Made by a program: the position numbers and the translations under genes
From: Candidatus Latescibacterota bacterium
GTDB taxonomy: Bacteria; Latescibacterota; UBA2968; GCA-2709665
NCBI GenBank assembly: GCA_965237675.1
Contig: OZ250150.1
Span: 1,856,001-1,920,000 of the forward strand
Direction of reading: 5' to 3'
DNA length: 64,000 nucleotides
Shown: positions 9,769 to 20,231 of the stretch, piece after piece
How the letters are laid out: each line of letters begins with the position of its first letter
Position numbering within the stretch: the stretch's first letter is position 1
Notes under the pieces: model-generated
What the model saw: only the letters and a program-made list of their open reading frames with translations
Database searches by the model: none
What the model was told of the DNA's origin: nothing

Positions 9769-12700
9769 CTATGGCAGCGCCTGGAACTCATTCCAGACCG
9801 CGCCCGCTTTCCCCTCTTCCAACCCCGAAGTCGGAAGCAGGAAGAAGAGCCCCTCGATTCGTTCCCGGGGCGTCATCCAACGGCCAACGTTGCCTCCAAG
9901 CGTGCACCCCTCCTCGCCCCAGGACTCACCGCCTGTGCGCGCCCGATCTCCCTTTCCGCTCAGGAACAACGCCTCTCCGCTCTTCCCCAGAATTCCACCC
10001 CAATTCCAGCGCCCGGCCTCGACCTCGTGGGGCGCCGCCAGTGCGGTAATCGACTCGTGGCAACCATTATAGAACGACGCGGTCCCGGGCGAGGCGGCGA
10101 AACTGGGCCAGACGCTAAAGCCCATGTTACCACTGGCGCTGATCCCCAGTTCATCGCGGCAGCTCGGCAGAATCGCAAGCACGTCGGCGCCGGGCGCCAG
10201 CAGGTACTCGACCGCGATGGACTGGCCCCGGACAGGCTCCTGCGCGATGCGGCAATGGACGCGCACGCCGCGCCATACCAGGCCCTGGCGCCCCTTCCGT
10301 TCGATTTTCAGGTAGCGAAAACGTTCCTTGTAAAGCGTATCCCACAGCCGGCTGTACATGGGCGAGATGCCGCCGTGCCAGGGATTCATCCAGCCTCGCG
10401 GCCCCGCTTCGGGGTACGAACTGTTGAGATACTCCCGGCCGTCCCGACGGAGGGATATGACGGACCCCAGGAAAGAAGGCGCGACCTTCACGTTCAATAT
10501 CCCGTTGTCCAACACGATCAACCGCCCCTTCTCCTGGCGTGACACGCTTACCTGGCCAGCGTCCGCGGGAAGGATCAGCGCCTTTTCGGTAAACCGGTAG
10601 ACCGCCTCGCCTGTCTCGAAACGCACGCGTATACTTTCAGTCCCTGGCCGGTCTGAACCTGTGGAGTGAAACACCACCTTTCGCACGACAGGGTTGGACT
10701 CACAAAGGCCTGAAACCTCAACAGACGTGACGTTCGGGCGCAGACCGACGGATTCCTCCACAATGAGTTTCCCGTCGAGCGTGTATTCCCCAACGTGGCT
10801 TAGGCGCAGGGTCGCGTCGGCCTTTTCGCCCGTTACCAAAAGCGGTCCTGGCTCGATCGTGAATTCGAGCGGCCTGCGCGTCGGTAAAGGCGACGCCTCG
10901 ACCTCCGGAACGCTGCCGAACAGGGTCCGCCACCATCCCCGGATCGTCTGCCAGTTCCCATCGCCGGCGAAAGCGTATATCGGGTCGAGCGACTTCGACT
11001 CACCCGCCTTCAACGGGACCGCCTCCTGCCGAACACTGCCCCAACGGCCGGGTTCCACTCGCGAGGCCCGGTTCCAGAGAATTCCGGCGGCGCAGGCATC
11101 CTCGTTTTCAACGCAGAACCATCCCTCCGGCCACGTCTCCCCACCCTCGGAGAGCCGGAGTTCGCCCATCTCGCGCCCGCCGGAATCGGCAACCTGACGG
11201 TACACCCCCTGCTTCCGCGGCACGATGTACGCCGCGACGGGGCTGATCGTTATCGTCCAATTCTGTTCCATCGACAGGTTCAGCGGCTGGGCCGACCCGT
11301 TGATCACCGTATCCACGACCTGCACCAGCGGGCCGTGCCCCACCGCGACCCGCCTGTCCAGCATCACGCCCGGTCGAAGCACTGACCGGGTCCGCAGCCG
11401 GAGTACAACGCCGAAGGCGTCTCGTTCGACCCACGCCTCGGCCTTCTCCTGAAACAGATCGCCTCCGGAAAAGGGCGGTCCAAGCGTCGGGTTGCGCAGG
11501 TCCAGCATAGGGGACCTCAGCGACCGAAGCCTGTGGAAGATCGATAGTTCCCCGTTGCGCAAATCGGCGCTGACCATCAGTCCGCCGCCGCAGAGCAGGG
11601 CGCCCTGCTCCCCGACGCCTCCGGACACGCCTCCTCGCTCAGCGGCCAACAGGTCGAGGCGTTTGGTCTTGACCGGAATTGCCTTACCGTCACCTATGGC
11701 AGTCGTCTCGACGTCAATCGCAACGGGCCCGGTGTGCGGGGCCGTAACCGGTACGGCCAACTCGGCGCCGCCCTTCGGGTCAAGCGTCACCCTCCGTTCG
11801 CCATGCGTCACATCGGCGCCTCCCGCCGGTCTCACCCGCAGTTTCGCTGAACATGCCTCGTCCAGGTTCGACCGAAGTGTAAGCACCGCATCCTGCGGCT
11901 TCCCGGGCGTCAGGATCGAGCGAGGGGCATCAATGGAAACATCCACAGCCTGGCGTGCGTCGATCCCGGCCGTGAGTTCGATCCCGACGCCGTCGATCAC
12001 CAGGTCGGTACGCAGCACCGCCGCTTTGGGTTCGTGTATTCTTTCCTCGATATTCGGATCGATTACGAATGTAACCTCAAGCTCCGCGGCGTCCGTGACA
12101 TCCAGCGCCTCGCGCTTGTCGACCGCAACACCCGGATCGCCCGAGGCGGTGAGAAAGACGTGAACCGGATCCGGTTTCTTGTTCACAATGCGCCAGCGTA
12201 CGGGGTGGGGGACACCCGCAACCAGCTTCTCGTCGGGCAGGCTGCAAGACGCCATCAGATCGCTGTTCTCGATCTCGATGATCCCCCAACTCTGACGGTC
12301 GAACACGAGTCTGAGGAAATCGCCGTCCGGGGCCCGCCATAGATACTGGTAAACCTTCACCCTGCCCCGCGTCATCACGTCCTCTTCCGGCTTGAGTTCC
12401 CGAACGTGGGTTACGTACCAGTCGTGCCTGGCGAAAAAAGCGGCGGCGAGCGGATGCCGGCGGGCGGCGGGAACGAAGTTTTCCATGTGTACGGACGAGT
12501 CCGGCCGCCACATAAACCCCATCTTTTTGTACAGCGGCATCGCCATCAAATTACCCGGCCACGTGTACAGATCGACGCGCTGGAACCCATCCTCGTACGC
12601 GCGGTCCAGCGCGGCCCACAGCACGGACTTTCCGTGCTTCTTCCCGTGGTAATCCGGGCGGCAATTGAGGTACGGAACAGACGCGTGTACCTGCTGTCCC

Positions 12701-12954
12701 GGCTTTGCCCGGATCTTGCAGATGCTGATGATGCTCTGACTATTCTCCGTGACGAAGGCCCCCATCAGATTGCTCTCGCGAATATCCCGCTCCTGTTCGT
12801 CGGGAGTCGTCTGCCACCCTCCGCCTCCCGGCCAGGCCACGTCCGCCGCCATCTCGAGCGCGTAGAGTTTCTCCGCGTCGCCCTTTCGCCAGTCGTCCAC
12901 GAGGTCTCTGGTCTTGTGGAGCAAAGGCTCCTCCTTCCAGCCTCTTTTTTTCAA
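9769..12954 (-). CDS. Large protein with an N-terminal GNAT acetyltransferase domain and beta-rich C-terminal domains
   Basis: 1061 aa; LNCRPDYHGKKHGKSVL (acetyl-CoA motif A) and TWPGN..AMPLYKKMGF. True start may be TTG 12924, which follows GGAGGAG. Confidence 0.8.
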   Translation of the reverse strand: MKKRGWKEEPLLHKTRDLVDDWRKGDAEKLYALEMAADVAWPGGGGWQTTPDEQERDIRESNLMGAFVTENSQSIISICKIRAKPGQQVHASVPYLNCRPDYHGKKHGKSVLWAALDRAYEDGFQRVDLYTWPGNLMAMPLYKKMGFMWRPDSSVHMENFVPAARRHPLAAAFFARHDWYVTHVRELKPEEDVMTRGRVKVYQYLWRAPDGDFLRLVFDRQSWGIIEIENSDLMASCSLPDEKLVAGVPHPVRWRIVNKKPDPVHVFLTASGDPGVAVDKREALDVTDAAELEVTFVIDPNIEERIHEPKAAVLRTDLVIDGVGIELTAGIDARQAVDVSIDAPRSILTPGKPQDAVLTLRSNLDEACSAKLRVRPAGGADVTHGERRVTLDPKGGAELAVPVTAPHTGPVAIDVETTAIGDGKAIPVKTKRLDLLAAERGGVSGGVGEQGALLCGGGLMVSADLRNGELSIFHRLRSLRSPMLDLRNPTLGPPFSGGDLFQEKAEAWVERDAFGVVLRLRTRSVLRPGVMLDRRVAVGHGPLVQVVDTVINGSAQPLNLSMEQNWTITISPVAAYIVPRKQGVYRQVADSGGREMGELRLSEGGETWPEGWFCVENEDACAAGILWNRASRVEPGRWGSVRQEAVPLKAGESKSLDPIYAFAGDGNWQTIRGWWRTLFGSVPEVEASPLPTRRPLEFTIEPGPLLVTGEKADATLRLSHVGEYTLDGKLIVEESVGLRPNVTSVEVSGLCESNPVVRKVVFHSTGSDRPGTESIRVRFETGEAVYRFTEKALILPADAGQVSVSRQEKGRLIVLDNGILNVKVAPSFLGSVISLRRDGREYLNSSYPEAGPRGWMNPWHGGISPMYSRLWDTLYKERFRYLKIERKGRQGLVWRGVRVHCRIAQEPVRGQSIAVEYLLAPGADVLAILPSCRDELGISASGNMGFSVWPSFAASPGTASFYNGCHESITALAAPHEVEAGRWNWGGILGKSGEALFLSGKGDRARTGGESWGEEGCTLGGNVGRWMTPRERIEGLFFLLPTSGLEEGKAGAVWNEFQALP

Positions 12955-13219
12955 AAACCTGAATTTACATGGATGGACAGGATCGACAGGATTAAAACCC
13001 GAAAGCCGGAAGAATGCTCCCTACTCCGAGGCATAGCGAAGAATCCGCAATTCTGAAGAATGTCGGTATATTCTACGCTGAAGTTATTGAAAAACAATCA
13101 ATTACTCAACAATACCAGCGGTCTTCGTGAATCGTTCAACCAGGTTCAGCCCTCGCTGAATTGAGTTGCGTGTTTCGTATTATTAAACAATAGTTTAATA
13201 TAGTGTAAAATATATTATC

Positions 13220-13426
13220 AATATTGAGTCCACTCCGAAAAGTGAGATTCGCGTGATTTTCTTCCAATTTGGATCAGGAACGGCCATTTTCAACAAAAGC
13301 TATATCCCCATAAATCATTATATATCATAGTGTTATATCAAGTATGATTTTGATTTACTTCTGAGTGAAACACCAACTTGGACCTCGTCAGAGTGGATTT
13401 TGACTTTTCGGAGGAGACTCAATATT
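13220..13426. mobile_element. MITE-like non-autonomous element
   Basis: AATATTGAGTCCACTCCGAAAAGT (13220-13243) is the inverted repeat of ACTTTTCGGAGGAGACTCAATATT (13403-13426), 22/24 match; AT-rich non-coding interior. Confidence 0.7.
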
Positions 13427-13497
13427 AATTTCGAAAAACTAAAACTGACACCTCGGCACACGTCCGGTGCAACGTGATTGAGACCCGGCCCATCCGC

Positions 13498-13644
13498 TCA
13501 CTCAACCACCCGGAAAACCACGTGCCGTTCGGCATGCCACGAGAACCCCTGCCTGCTGAGCAATTCGCCGAGTGTCATGTGGTAGTCGGTGTGTTCCGGA
13601 TCGAGCCGTATCGTCTCATCCAGCGCCTTCCGGGCGCTCGCCGT
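13498..13644 (-). pseudogene. TPR gene fragment
   Basis: Manual translation immediately after the GWxTD gene stop: TASARKALDETIRLDPEHTDYHMTLGELLSRQGFSWHAERH..*; no start codon. Confidence 0.55.
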
Positions 13645-13645
13645 G

Positions 13646-15979
13646 TCACTTCACCACGAACCCCGCCTCCTTGTACACCGTCTCGCCACTGTTCATATCC
13701 GTGACCGCCACCTGCAGCACCTGCCGCCCCTCGTTGTCCTGTCCCAGTTGCAGCGCTACGTATTCCACCTCTGTCGACTCCGTCCCCACCTGCTCGGATG
13801 CCACCTCGACCTCCACCTGCCGATTCCCTCGCAGCCTCACCAGCCGTGCGATATTGCCGACCTCGGATTTTCCCTTTTCACCCACGGTATAGGCGACCCG
13901 GTATCTCGTCCGCCCGAACGTATCCCTGGCCAGATTGTAGATTTCGTAATAGACGTAGACGCTGTGGCCCCTTCCATACGTCCGGGTGGGTATTGGCACG
14001 ACGTGCAATTCCCCCTTGCTGAACTTGCCGTCCGCACCGTCCTCCGTGATCCGCCAGGCCAGTTCCAGATCGCTCATCCGAAGACCGGTCTCCGGGTAGG
14101 CTTCCACGTGGATCGTCTGCCGGTACCGCCCGCGCTTGCCGGTGCGTTTGTCCCTGGCCTTCACCTCCATCCGGTAGTGGCCCGGCGGGACGTCCAGCCG
14201 AACGACGTCCGGAACAAACGCGCCCTGGTGTTGCCTCACGTCCCCCTGGCGCCGGAACCGAACGTCGCCCTTCATGCGGTACACCGTGCCGGATTCTTCA
14301 TTCAACACGGCAACGGTCGTTTCGACATCCAGCAACGTCGTGTCCTCGGCCTCCAGGTATTGCGCTGTTTCCTGCGGAATCCCTGCATAGACCTCCAAAG
14401 CCGACGCCGCGTCGATCCTCCCGCGGAAATCCGCCAGATCGTAGTAGAACTCGAGGGGATCTTCATTCTCGGGCGGCTGGAAGTAGTTTGGTGTGCGCGC
14501 GGCCGTGTGCATACTTACATTTTGGGGACTTAACCGGCTAAACATGGCCAGTTTTCGAATGTCGATATCCACGTCGACCGGCGGCGGCGCGAAATCAAAG
14601 GCGCCGTTCAACATCTCATCCGTAAACGTCACCTCCATTCCACCGCCCACGCCGTTATTGACGAAGACCCAGCTTTCCCACGGCACCATCGATTCGTCGG
14701 GTCCATTTGCAATCACCGGCCTGTAGGCGGGCGCCATGAATCCGCCGAAGTCTTGCCCCACGGGGATGCTGCGAACCGGAAACGCGACCAGGATGTCTCC
14801 CCAACGCGAAACCGCTGCCGCGCCGTGGATCTGCCCTGCAAGCGCTTCCTTCACGCGCTGGACCTCCACGCTCTGCTGGAAATTTACCCAGTCAGACCTT
14901 GAACGATGGTCGGGCTCGCCGAATCTCACGTACATCTCTCCCCGCGTATCCCACGGCTGCTTCGCTCTTGCGAAATGCCGCCGTGCGAACCAAACGCGCC
15001 GGTAATGCTCCAACTGCCGCTCATTGGCCACAGTTGTCAGATCCGGATCCCGGTCTCCCCAGAACCGGTTCAGGTACGCTTCTCGATCCGGCGCCTGGCT
15101 GAACGACTCGTATTCCACGGGAGAAGCCAGGAGACGGATATCTTCATATAGCATCCTTTCGGCAGATTCACACGTTTCAAGATATCGGCTGAATGCAACC
15201 TCCGCCACGTCGAGGGAATCGAGTTCGATAAAAGCGTTCGCGAGGACGGGCAACAGCTCGATCGCATCGGGATGACTCCGCATCCCCCTGCGCATCAGAT
15301 CCACAACGCGAGCATGGTCGCCGAGTTTTCCAAGCGACCCCGCCAGGCGCAGCGTGACGTCCAGATCATCGGGTCTAAGAGTCAGGTATCGTTCGTAGTG
15401 CTCCGCCGCGCGTAGATGATCTTGCTTGAATGTCTCATACCATTCCCCGAGCATCCGGTATGCGGGGGCAAACGTGGCATCCATCTCCAGCAACTTCTCC
15501 GCCTCGCGCTTCACGTCGTGTTCTCCCAACGCGTATCTCGCCTCGGCGATATGGTACCTCGCTTCCAGGTAGTTGCGGTTATATTGCAACGCCTTTTTGA
15601 AGTAGTCGATCGCCGTGTACAGGCCCTTCGGTTTCTCCCGCCACACCAGCCCGAGTCCGTTGTATGCCGGAGCGAAATCGTGTTTACTGCGCCGCGCATC
15701 CATAAACGCACGTTCCGCCGCATCTAAGTTGCCTCCCTTGAGATACACGTGGCCCAGACCGACGTACGAAGGCGCGTGTTTCCTGTCGATCTCGATTGCC
15801 GCCCGGAATTTCGCCGATGCCGCGTCCAGGCTGTCGCTGTCGAACAGATCCATTCCCTCGCTGTAGAGGTTCTGTACCAACGTACGGTCCTCACTGCGCA
15901 TTGATGTCACCCCGGCCTCCGCGTTGAACAATGTCATCGCGGCCATGGCCAGAACCTCCATAACCGCTGCTGGTCTCAT
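13646..15979 (-). CDS. TPR-repeat + GWxTD-domain protein
   Basis: 777 aa; N-terminal TPRs (HAPSYVGLG, APAYNGLG), FWGDRDPDLTT..NERQLEHYRRV..A, PWDTRGEMYVRFGEPD, C-terminal VYVYYEIYNL beta domain. Confidence 0.88.
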   Translation of the reverse strand: MRPAAVMEVLAMAAMTLFNAEAGVTSMRSEDRTLVQNLYSEGMDLFDSDSLDAASAKFRAAIEIDRKHAPSYVGLGHVYLKGGNLDAAERAFMDARRSKHDFAPAYNGLGLVWREKPKGLYTAIDYFKKALQYNRNYLEARYHIAEARYALGEHDVKREAEKLLEMDATFAPAYRMLGEWYETFKQDHLRAAEHYERYLTLRPDDLDVTLRLAGSLGKLGDHARVVDLMRRGMRSHPDAIELLPVLANAFIELDSLDVAEVAFSRYLETCESAERMLYEDIRLLASPVEYESFSQAPDREAYLNRFWGDRDPDLTTVANERQLEHYRRVWFARRHFARAKQPWDTRGEMYVRFGEPDHRSRSDWVNFQQSVEVQRVKEALAGQIHGAAAVSRWGDILVAFPVRSIPVGQDFGGFMAPAYRPVIANGPDESMVPWESWVFVNNGVGGGMEVTFTDEMLNGAFDFAPPPVDVDIDIRKLAMFSRLSPQNVSMHTAARTPNYFQPPENEDPLEFYYDLADFRGRIDAASALEVYAGIPQETAQYLEAEDTTLLDVETTVAVLNEESGTVYRMKGDVRFRRQGDVRQHQGAFVPDVVRLDVPPGHYRMEVKARDKRTGKRGRYRQTIHVEAYPETGLRMSDLELAWRITEDGADGKFSKGELHVVPIPTRTYGRGHSVYVYYEIYNLARDTFGRTRYRVAYTVGEKGKSEVGNIARLVRLRGNRQVEVEVASEQVGTESTEVEYVALQLGQDNEGRQVLQVAVTDMNSGETVYKEAGFVVK

Positions 15980-16124
15980 TTTGAACCCCCAGGAAATAAA
16001 CAGTTCTTTCGCAAATTTGGCGCGGTTTCAGGTAAGCAGGTTTGCGCTTACTCGTCCGGGTGGACCTCAAAGGACTACAAAACGGTCCTGCGTGTGTCCA
16101 CAATATGCAGCCCGCCTGGTCTTG

Positions 16125-16170
16125 CTCCCCCTCTCCCACTGGGAGAGGGGGTTGGGGGGTGAGGGTCTCG
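16125..16170. repeat. REP-like palindrome, CCCTCTCCC..GGGAGAGGG family
   Basis: CCCCCTCTCCCACTGGGAGAGGGGGTTGGGGGGTGAGGG; related elements near 33820, 37690 and 59925. Confidence 0.7.
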
Positions 16171-16393
16171 CCCTTCGCGGTCGCCCACATAATAGCGTTG
16201 ACGCCACCTGTTTTCGGTTTTTACCGACCACTGAAAACTCTTTCTGACGGGGCCGGGGGGAAAGGTCACGGCGCTGGCGTTAGATGATCAGAATTTCGCT
16301 CTTAGCCCCCCGCTGGTCTCTTCCTTTGCGTCTTCGTGTCTTTGTGTGAACTGAATTCCGGCAATCTATCTCCCGGACAGAATACAGAAGCGA

Positions 16394-19300
16394 CTAATCC
16401 AATACCAGTTCTACCGACTTTTCACGCTCTGTCCCTGCGTGGTTGTCGCGGACCTTTACTTTCAGCAGAAACTCCCCGCCACCGGCTTTGCTCAGATCCA
16501 GCGACCGGAATTCCCTTGTATCCGGAGTATCGCCCAGTTGCGAAACGGTGACGGACGTGGTGGGTTTTTTCCCGCCGCCGAAAATTCCGAGCAGTCTCTT
16601 GACGCCCTTCTGTTTCAATCGGGTCAACCCGTACGAGATCTCGAACGAAGTCGTGCCACGTTCGTCGGGCGTCAAATTGTAAAGCTCGAAATAGATGTAC
16701 ACCGGATCATTACGTGAGAATCGAAGCGAGGGATTGGGTACGGCATGGATCCCTCGAAGGTTGAACCCGTCCTTCCCCTCGACATCAGGCCAGATCACGT
16801 GCGCCGGCACGACGCTGCTCATTTCCAGTTCCGTCTCCGAGAAGCCCGGTATACGCACGCTCTGCTTCCACCCTCCCAGCCGGTGGTCCCGCGAGGGCCG
16901 CAGGAAAAACGACGCGTGGCTTGAATCGGGGTCCGCGGAAAGCCGAAGGACGCCGAAACTCCTGTCCTCGTATCGCGACCGTTCCACCTGCGCCTTTCGT
17001 ACATGTCCGGTCAGGTTCTCAAATCGATTCCATTGCAGATCATGCAACGCCAGACCGTACTCGTAGATCGCCGACGTGTCGGGCAACTGACCGTAGTCTT
17101 TCTTCAACGCCTTGAAGGGCATTCCATAATACAACTCAACGTCGCCCCTGCCCCCTTCGCCCTTGAAATACGCCAGGTAGGATTCGTAATCCAGTTCATC
17201 GACGTCGTCAGTCCATGAATGCCGATCTGTCCGCAGCCCGATCTCCACGGACTGGCGCACTTCACGCCTGAATTTCTCATTTTCCCATCTGAGCCGCGCT
17301 CTGTAGTTCCCCGAGCCTGACAGGGATTCCACAAGGCGCCAGTTCGAACCCACACTACTGGGCGTCGCCACAAAATTGAACACCATCTTCGGATACGCAT
17401 CCGTCTTCCAGTAGTGCCAGATTTCGGCCATTGAAAACTTCTGCGTATCCGACGGACGTCCGTGCCGCACATAAACCAGGCCCGGGTCGTTGAACCTGTC
17501 GTTCAGCTCAATCGTACTCGGATACGGAATTACGTCGCCTTTATCGGGATCGTAAAACCACGTACGAAATCCATCGTAAACGTAATACCGTTCGGCATAC
17601 AGGATCCGCCGATAATGTTCCGCCAGTCGCACGTTGGGAAATACGGCGGGCGTGGGGTCGCGGCTCACCCAGACTTTACGGAAGAACTCCCGGTATTCCT
17701 CCGGTGATTCGAGCTTGGAAAACGCATCCATCTCCTCTACGTTAACGATATACTTCACGTCTTCGTACATCAGATGCGCATCAAGCGAGTCTTGTATGCT
17801 CTGCACCGCCTTGTCGTAATACTTCTCCCCGGCCTCAACGGCTTTGCGTCCATAGGCAATTCGCGCCAGGGCAAGATATGCCGGTATCACGCTCAACGGC
17901 GTGTCAGACGCGAGCCAGTCCTGCAAGACAGTATCGGCGCGGGCCGTCCGTTTGGCGAGGCGCAGCGCCTCGCCCTCGAAGTAACGTGCGTATTCCGATC
18001 CGTGTCTGCGCATCCAGTTCAACGCATCCTTCGGATTCGTATTGTCCAGATAATGCAGGTATAATCGCCTCACCCTGCGCCGGTGGACGGGGCCGTCCGG
18101 CTTTAACGCCACCTGTTTTTCGCCCAGCCGGATCGCATGTTCATAGGCTTTGTCATAACGTTTGAGCACGGCATACTGATACAGTGCGTCACGGTGTTGC
18201 GGCGCTATGTTCATCAGTTGTCTGAAGTACCGTTCCGATCGCCGCCAGTCCAGCCACCGTGTCACTGTCGCTTTGAACTTGCCGGCCTCTCGGTAGGCGA
18301 TGGCCCGCCGGTAGAGCGCTTCCGGATTATCCGGATCCTGCACCAGAATCCGCCCAGACCATTTTTTCAGATCCCCCCAATCCTCCTCCTGCATCGCCAC
18401 GTCGCTCAGCGCCATCAATGCCGAGGGAGATCCCGGTGACCGCTTCAACGCCTTCTTGAGGTGATATTTCGCGACTTCCCGGGTGCCCTGCTTCATATGG
18501 ACCCTTCCCAGTCCCACGTAGGAAGGCGCGTACTGGCCGTCCTCCGAAATCGCATCCTCGAATTGCTGCTTCGCTTCGTCGAATTTGCCGGCAGCCAGCA
18601 GACCGACCCCCTGGTTGTATGCTGCCGGCCCGCCGGGATCTGTCACCAGGGCCGCTTCCGGCGCCGTGGGTCTTGTGACGCCTGACCCGGAAGAACCCCG
18701 TTCCTGCATTGAAGGCGGCGACCACGGCCCGTGTTGCGCCCAGTAACCCATTTCAAAGCCGGTCGTCCGTTCGAAAGCCGCGCTCCGCTCCGCCGGCGCG
18801 GCTTTCAGGCGCGCCAGGAGCGAGTCGCTGTCGACCAGATGGATCACCCGGACGCCCTCCATGTCCCGAATGGCGACGGGTTCCGCACGATCCAGCAGCA
18901 ACTGACCCGGGCGCGGCACCATGGCGGAGGGAAAGACCAGCACGCCGCGTGCAGGCGGGTCTTCCATAGTCGCCCCCTGTGGCGCGTGCTCACCCGTGGG
19001 ATCTGAAATCGAAACGACTGTCATCGCCCCCGAAATGCCGCCGCCATGTCCTTCCGCGAGTTCCTCTGCCGCAGCCGCTACCGCCTCGGCGCTATGCACG
19101 GACACGTCCGCTTTCACGTTCGCCGCCATCTCCAGCGCTTTGTCGTCCGGCATGGACTCGTTCGCGAAACCCGAGATCGCCGGAATATACCCCACGCGTA
19201 TCGTATCGACGTCCCAGACGTCAGCCGCCATCTGGCCGCGGGTGCGGTTGACGATCAGGATGTTCGGCGTCGCCGGCGCCGGCATGACGAGATGCACCGG

Positions 19301-19729
19301 GGCGCCCCATCTGCCCGCCAATTCCCCGTCCTGCGTAAGGCGGTTCATAAAGGCCATCAGGTTCAGGCTCACCCGCGCGTCGATCCGACGCCTCCTGATG
19401 TCGGCCAGGTGCAACCGGGTCTCGTCCCCGCTGAACGAGCCCGCCTCCAGCGCCAGGTTCATGGCGTCGACGTCCCGTTTAAGCGTCCAGAGCGAATTTC
19501 GGTTGTGCGAACGCAAGCCTTTAAGCATCTCCTCGAAGTCGCCTGCGGGAGATTGTGTCGGCGAACCGGGTTTCACGACGTGGGGAGATCGACGCCCGTC
19601 CAACGTCAGGTGAATGCTGTCCACCGATCCTCGCAATCCCTGGACACGCACATCCAGCGTATCGCCGCCGGCCGCTTTCGTGCAGGCCAGCAACAGATAG
19701 AACAGAACGACGGATTTCACACCATGCAT
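16394..19729 (-). CDS. Large secreted TPR + GWxTD-like protein with an extra N-terminal domain
   Basis: Start MHGVKSVVLFYLLLAC at ATG 19729 after GGAGG; TPRs (YAPSYVGLG); VWVSRDPTP...NVRLAEHYRRI.YA; DPGLVYVRHGRPS; C-terminal PVYIYFELYNL. Confidence 0.85.
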   Translation of the reverse strand: MHGVKSVVLFYLLLACTKAAGGDTLDVRVQGLRGSVDSIHLTLDGRRSPHVVKPGSPTQSPAGDFEEMLKGLRSHNRNSLWTLKRDVDAMNLALEAGSFSGDETRLHLADIRRRRIDARVSLNLMAFMNRLTQDGELAGRWGAPVHLVMPAPATPNILIVNRTRGQMAADVWDVDTIRVGYIPAISGFANESMPDDKALEMAANVKADVSVHSAEAVAAAAEELAEGHGGGISGAMTVVSISDPTGEHAPQGATMEDPPARGVLVFPSAMVPRPGQLLLDRAEPVAIRDMEGVRVIHLVDSDSLLARLKAAPAERSAAFERTTGFEMGYWAQHGPWSPPSMQERGSSGSGVTRPTAPEAALVTDPGGPAAYNQGVGLLAAGKFDEAKQQFEDAISEDGQYAPSYVGLGRVHMKQGTREVAKYHLKKALKRSPGSPSALMALSDVAMQEEDWGDLKKWSGRILVQDPDNPEALYRRAIAYREAGKFKATVTRWLDWRRSERYFRQLMNIAPQHRDALYQYAVLKRYDKAYEHAIRLGEKQVALKPDGPVHRRRVRRLYLHYLDNTNPKDALNWMRRHGSEYARYFEGEALRLAKRTARADTVLQDWLASDTPLSVIPAYLALARIAYGRKAVEAGEKYYDKAVQSIQDSLDAHLMYEDVKYIVNVEEMDAFSKLESPEEYREFFRKVWVSRDPTPAVFPNVRLAEHYRRILYAERYYVYDGFRTWFYDPDKGDVIPYPSTIELNDRFNDPGLVYVRHGRPSDTQKFSMAEIWHYWKTDAYPKMVFNFVATPSSVGSNWRLVESLSGSGNYRARLRWENEKFRREVRQSVEIGLRTDRHSWTDDVDELDYESYLAYFKGEGGRGDVELYYGMPFKALKKDYGQLPDTSAIYEYGLALHDLQWNRFENLTGHVRKAQVERSRYEDRSFGVLRLSADPDSSHASFFLRPSRDHRLGGWKQSVRIPGFSETELEMSSVVPAHVIWPDVEGKDGFNLRGIHAVPNPSLRFSRNDPVYIYFELYNLTPDERGTTSFEISYGLTRLKQKGVKRLLGIFGGGKKPTTSVTVSQLGDTPDTREFRSLDLSKAGGGEFLLKVKVRDNHAGTEREKSVELVLD

Positions 19730-19734
19730 GGCCC

Positions 19735-20208
19735 TTACCTCCACTGTTGCTCCAGTTCGGCTTCCATATCCAGAATCGACGCACGTATCTTCGCCAACTC
19801 CTTGCGAACCGGCGCCGATCTTCCATTTCCCGGCTGCGGACCTGTTTCGAACACCTGCATCCCCCAGATCGCAAGCATCAGCGCCGCGGCCACTCCCGCC
19901 GAGGCGAGCGCCCGCCGTGGAATCATGTCGAGAAGATCCGCCGGAATCCATCGTGCGCGCCGCGGTTGCGCCGCCAGACGTTCCGACAATCCATTCCAGA
20001 ATCCCTCCGGCGCCGTCGCGTTCGTGACCGTTGCCTCAAAATGGCTCCGGACCGCGTCATCGCTTCGACGCAGCCGTTCAAACGCGGGCGCGCAATCCCC
20101 GCAACGCGCCACATGTGCCCGCATGGCCTTCTCCTCCGCGGGCGATAAATCGCCGTCCAGGTAGCTATGCATCCGCTTTCTGGTTTCGCGACACTCAAGT
20201 TTCGGCAT
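19735..20208 (-). CDS. Zinc-binding (zf-HC2/ZAS) transmembrane anti-sigma factor
   Basis: LEC...YLDGDLS....HVARCGDC (HxxxCxxC), single TM helix AGVAAALMLAIWGM; directly downstream of an ECF sigma gene. Confidence 0.88.
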   Translation of the reverse strand: MPKLECRETRKRMHSYLDGDLSPAEEKAMRAHVARCGDCAPAFERLRRSDDAVRSHFEATVTNATAPEGFWNGLSERLAAQPRRARWIPADLLDMIPRRALASAGVAAALMLAIWGMQVFETGPQPGNGRSAPVRKELAKIRASILDMEAELEQQWR

Positions 20209-20231
20209 GTTGCAACCCTTTCTCATTTCGG

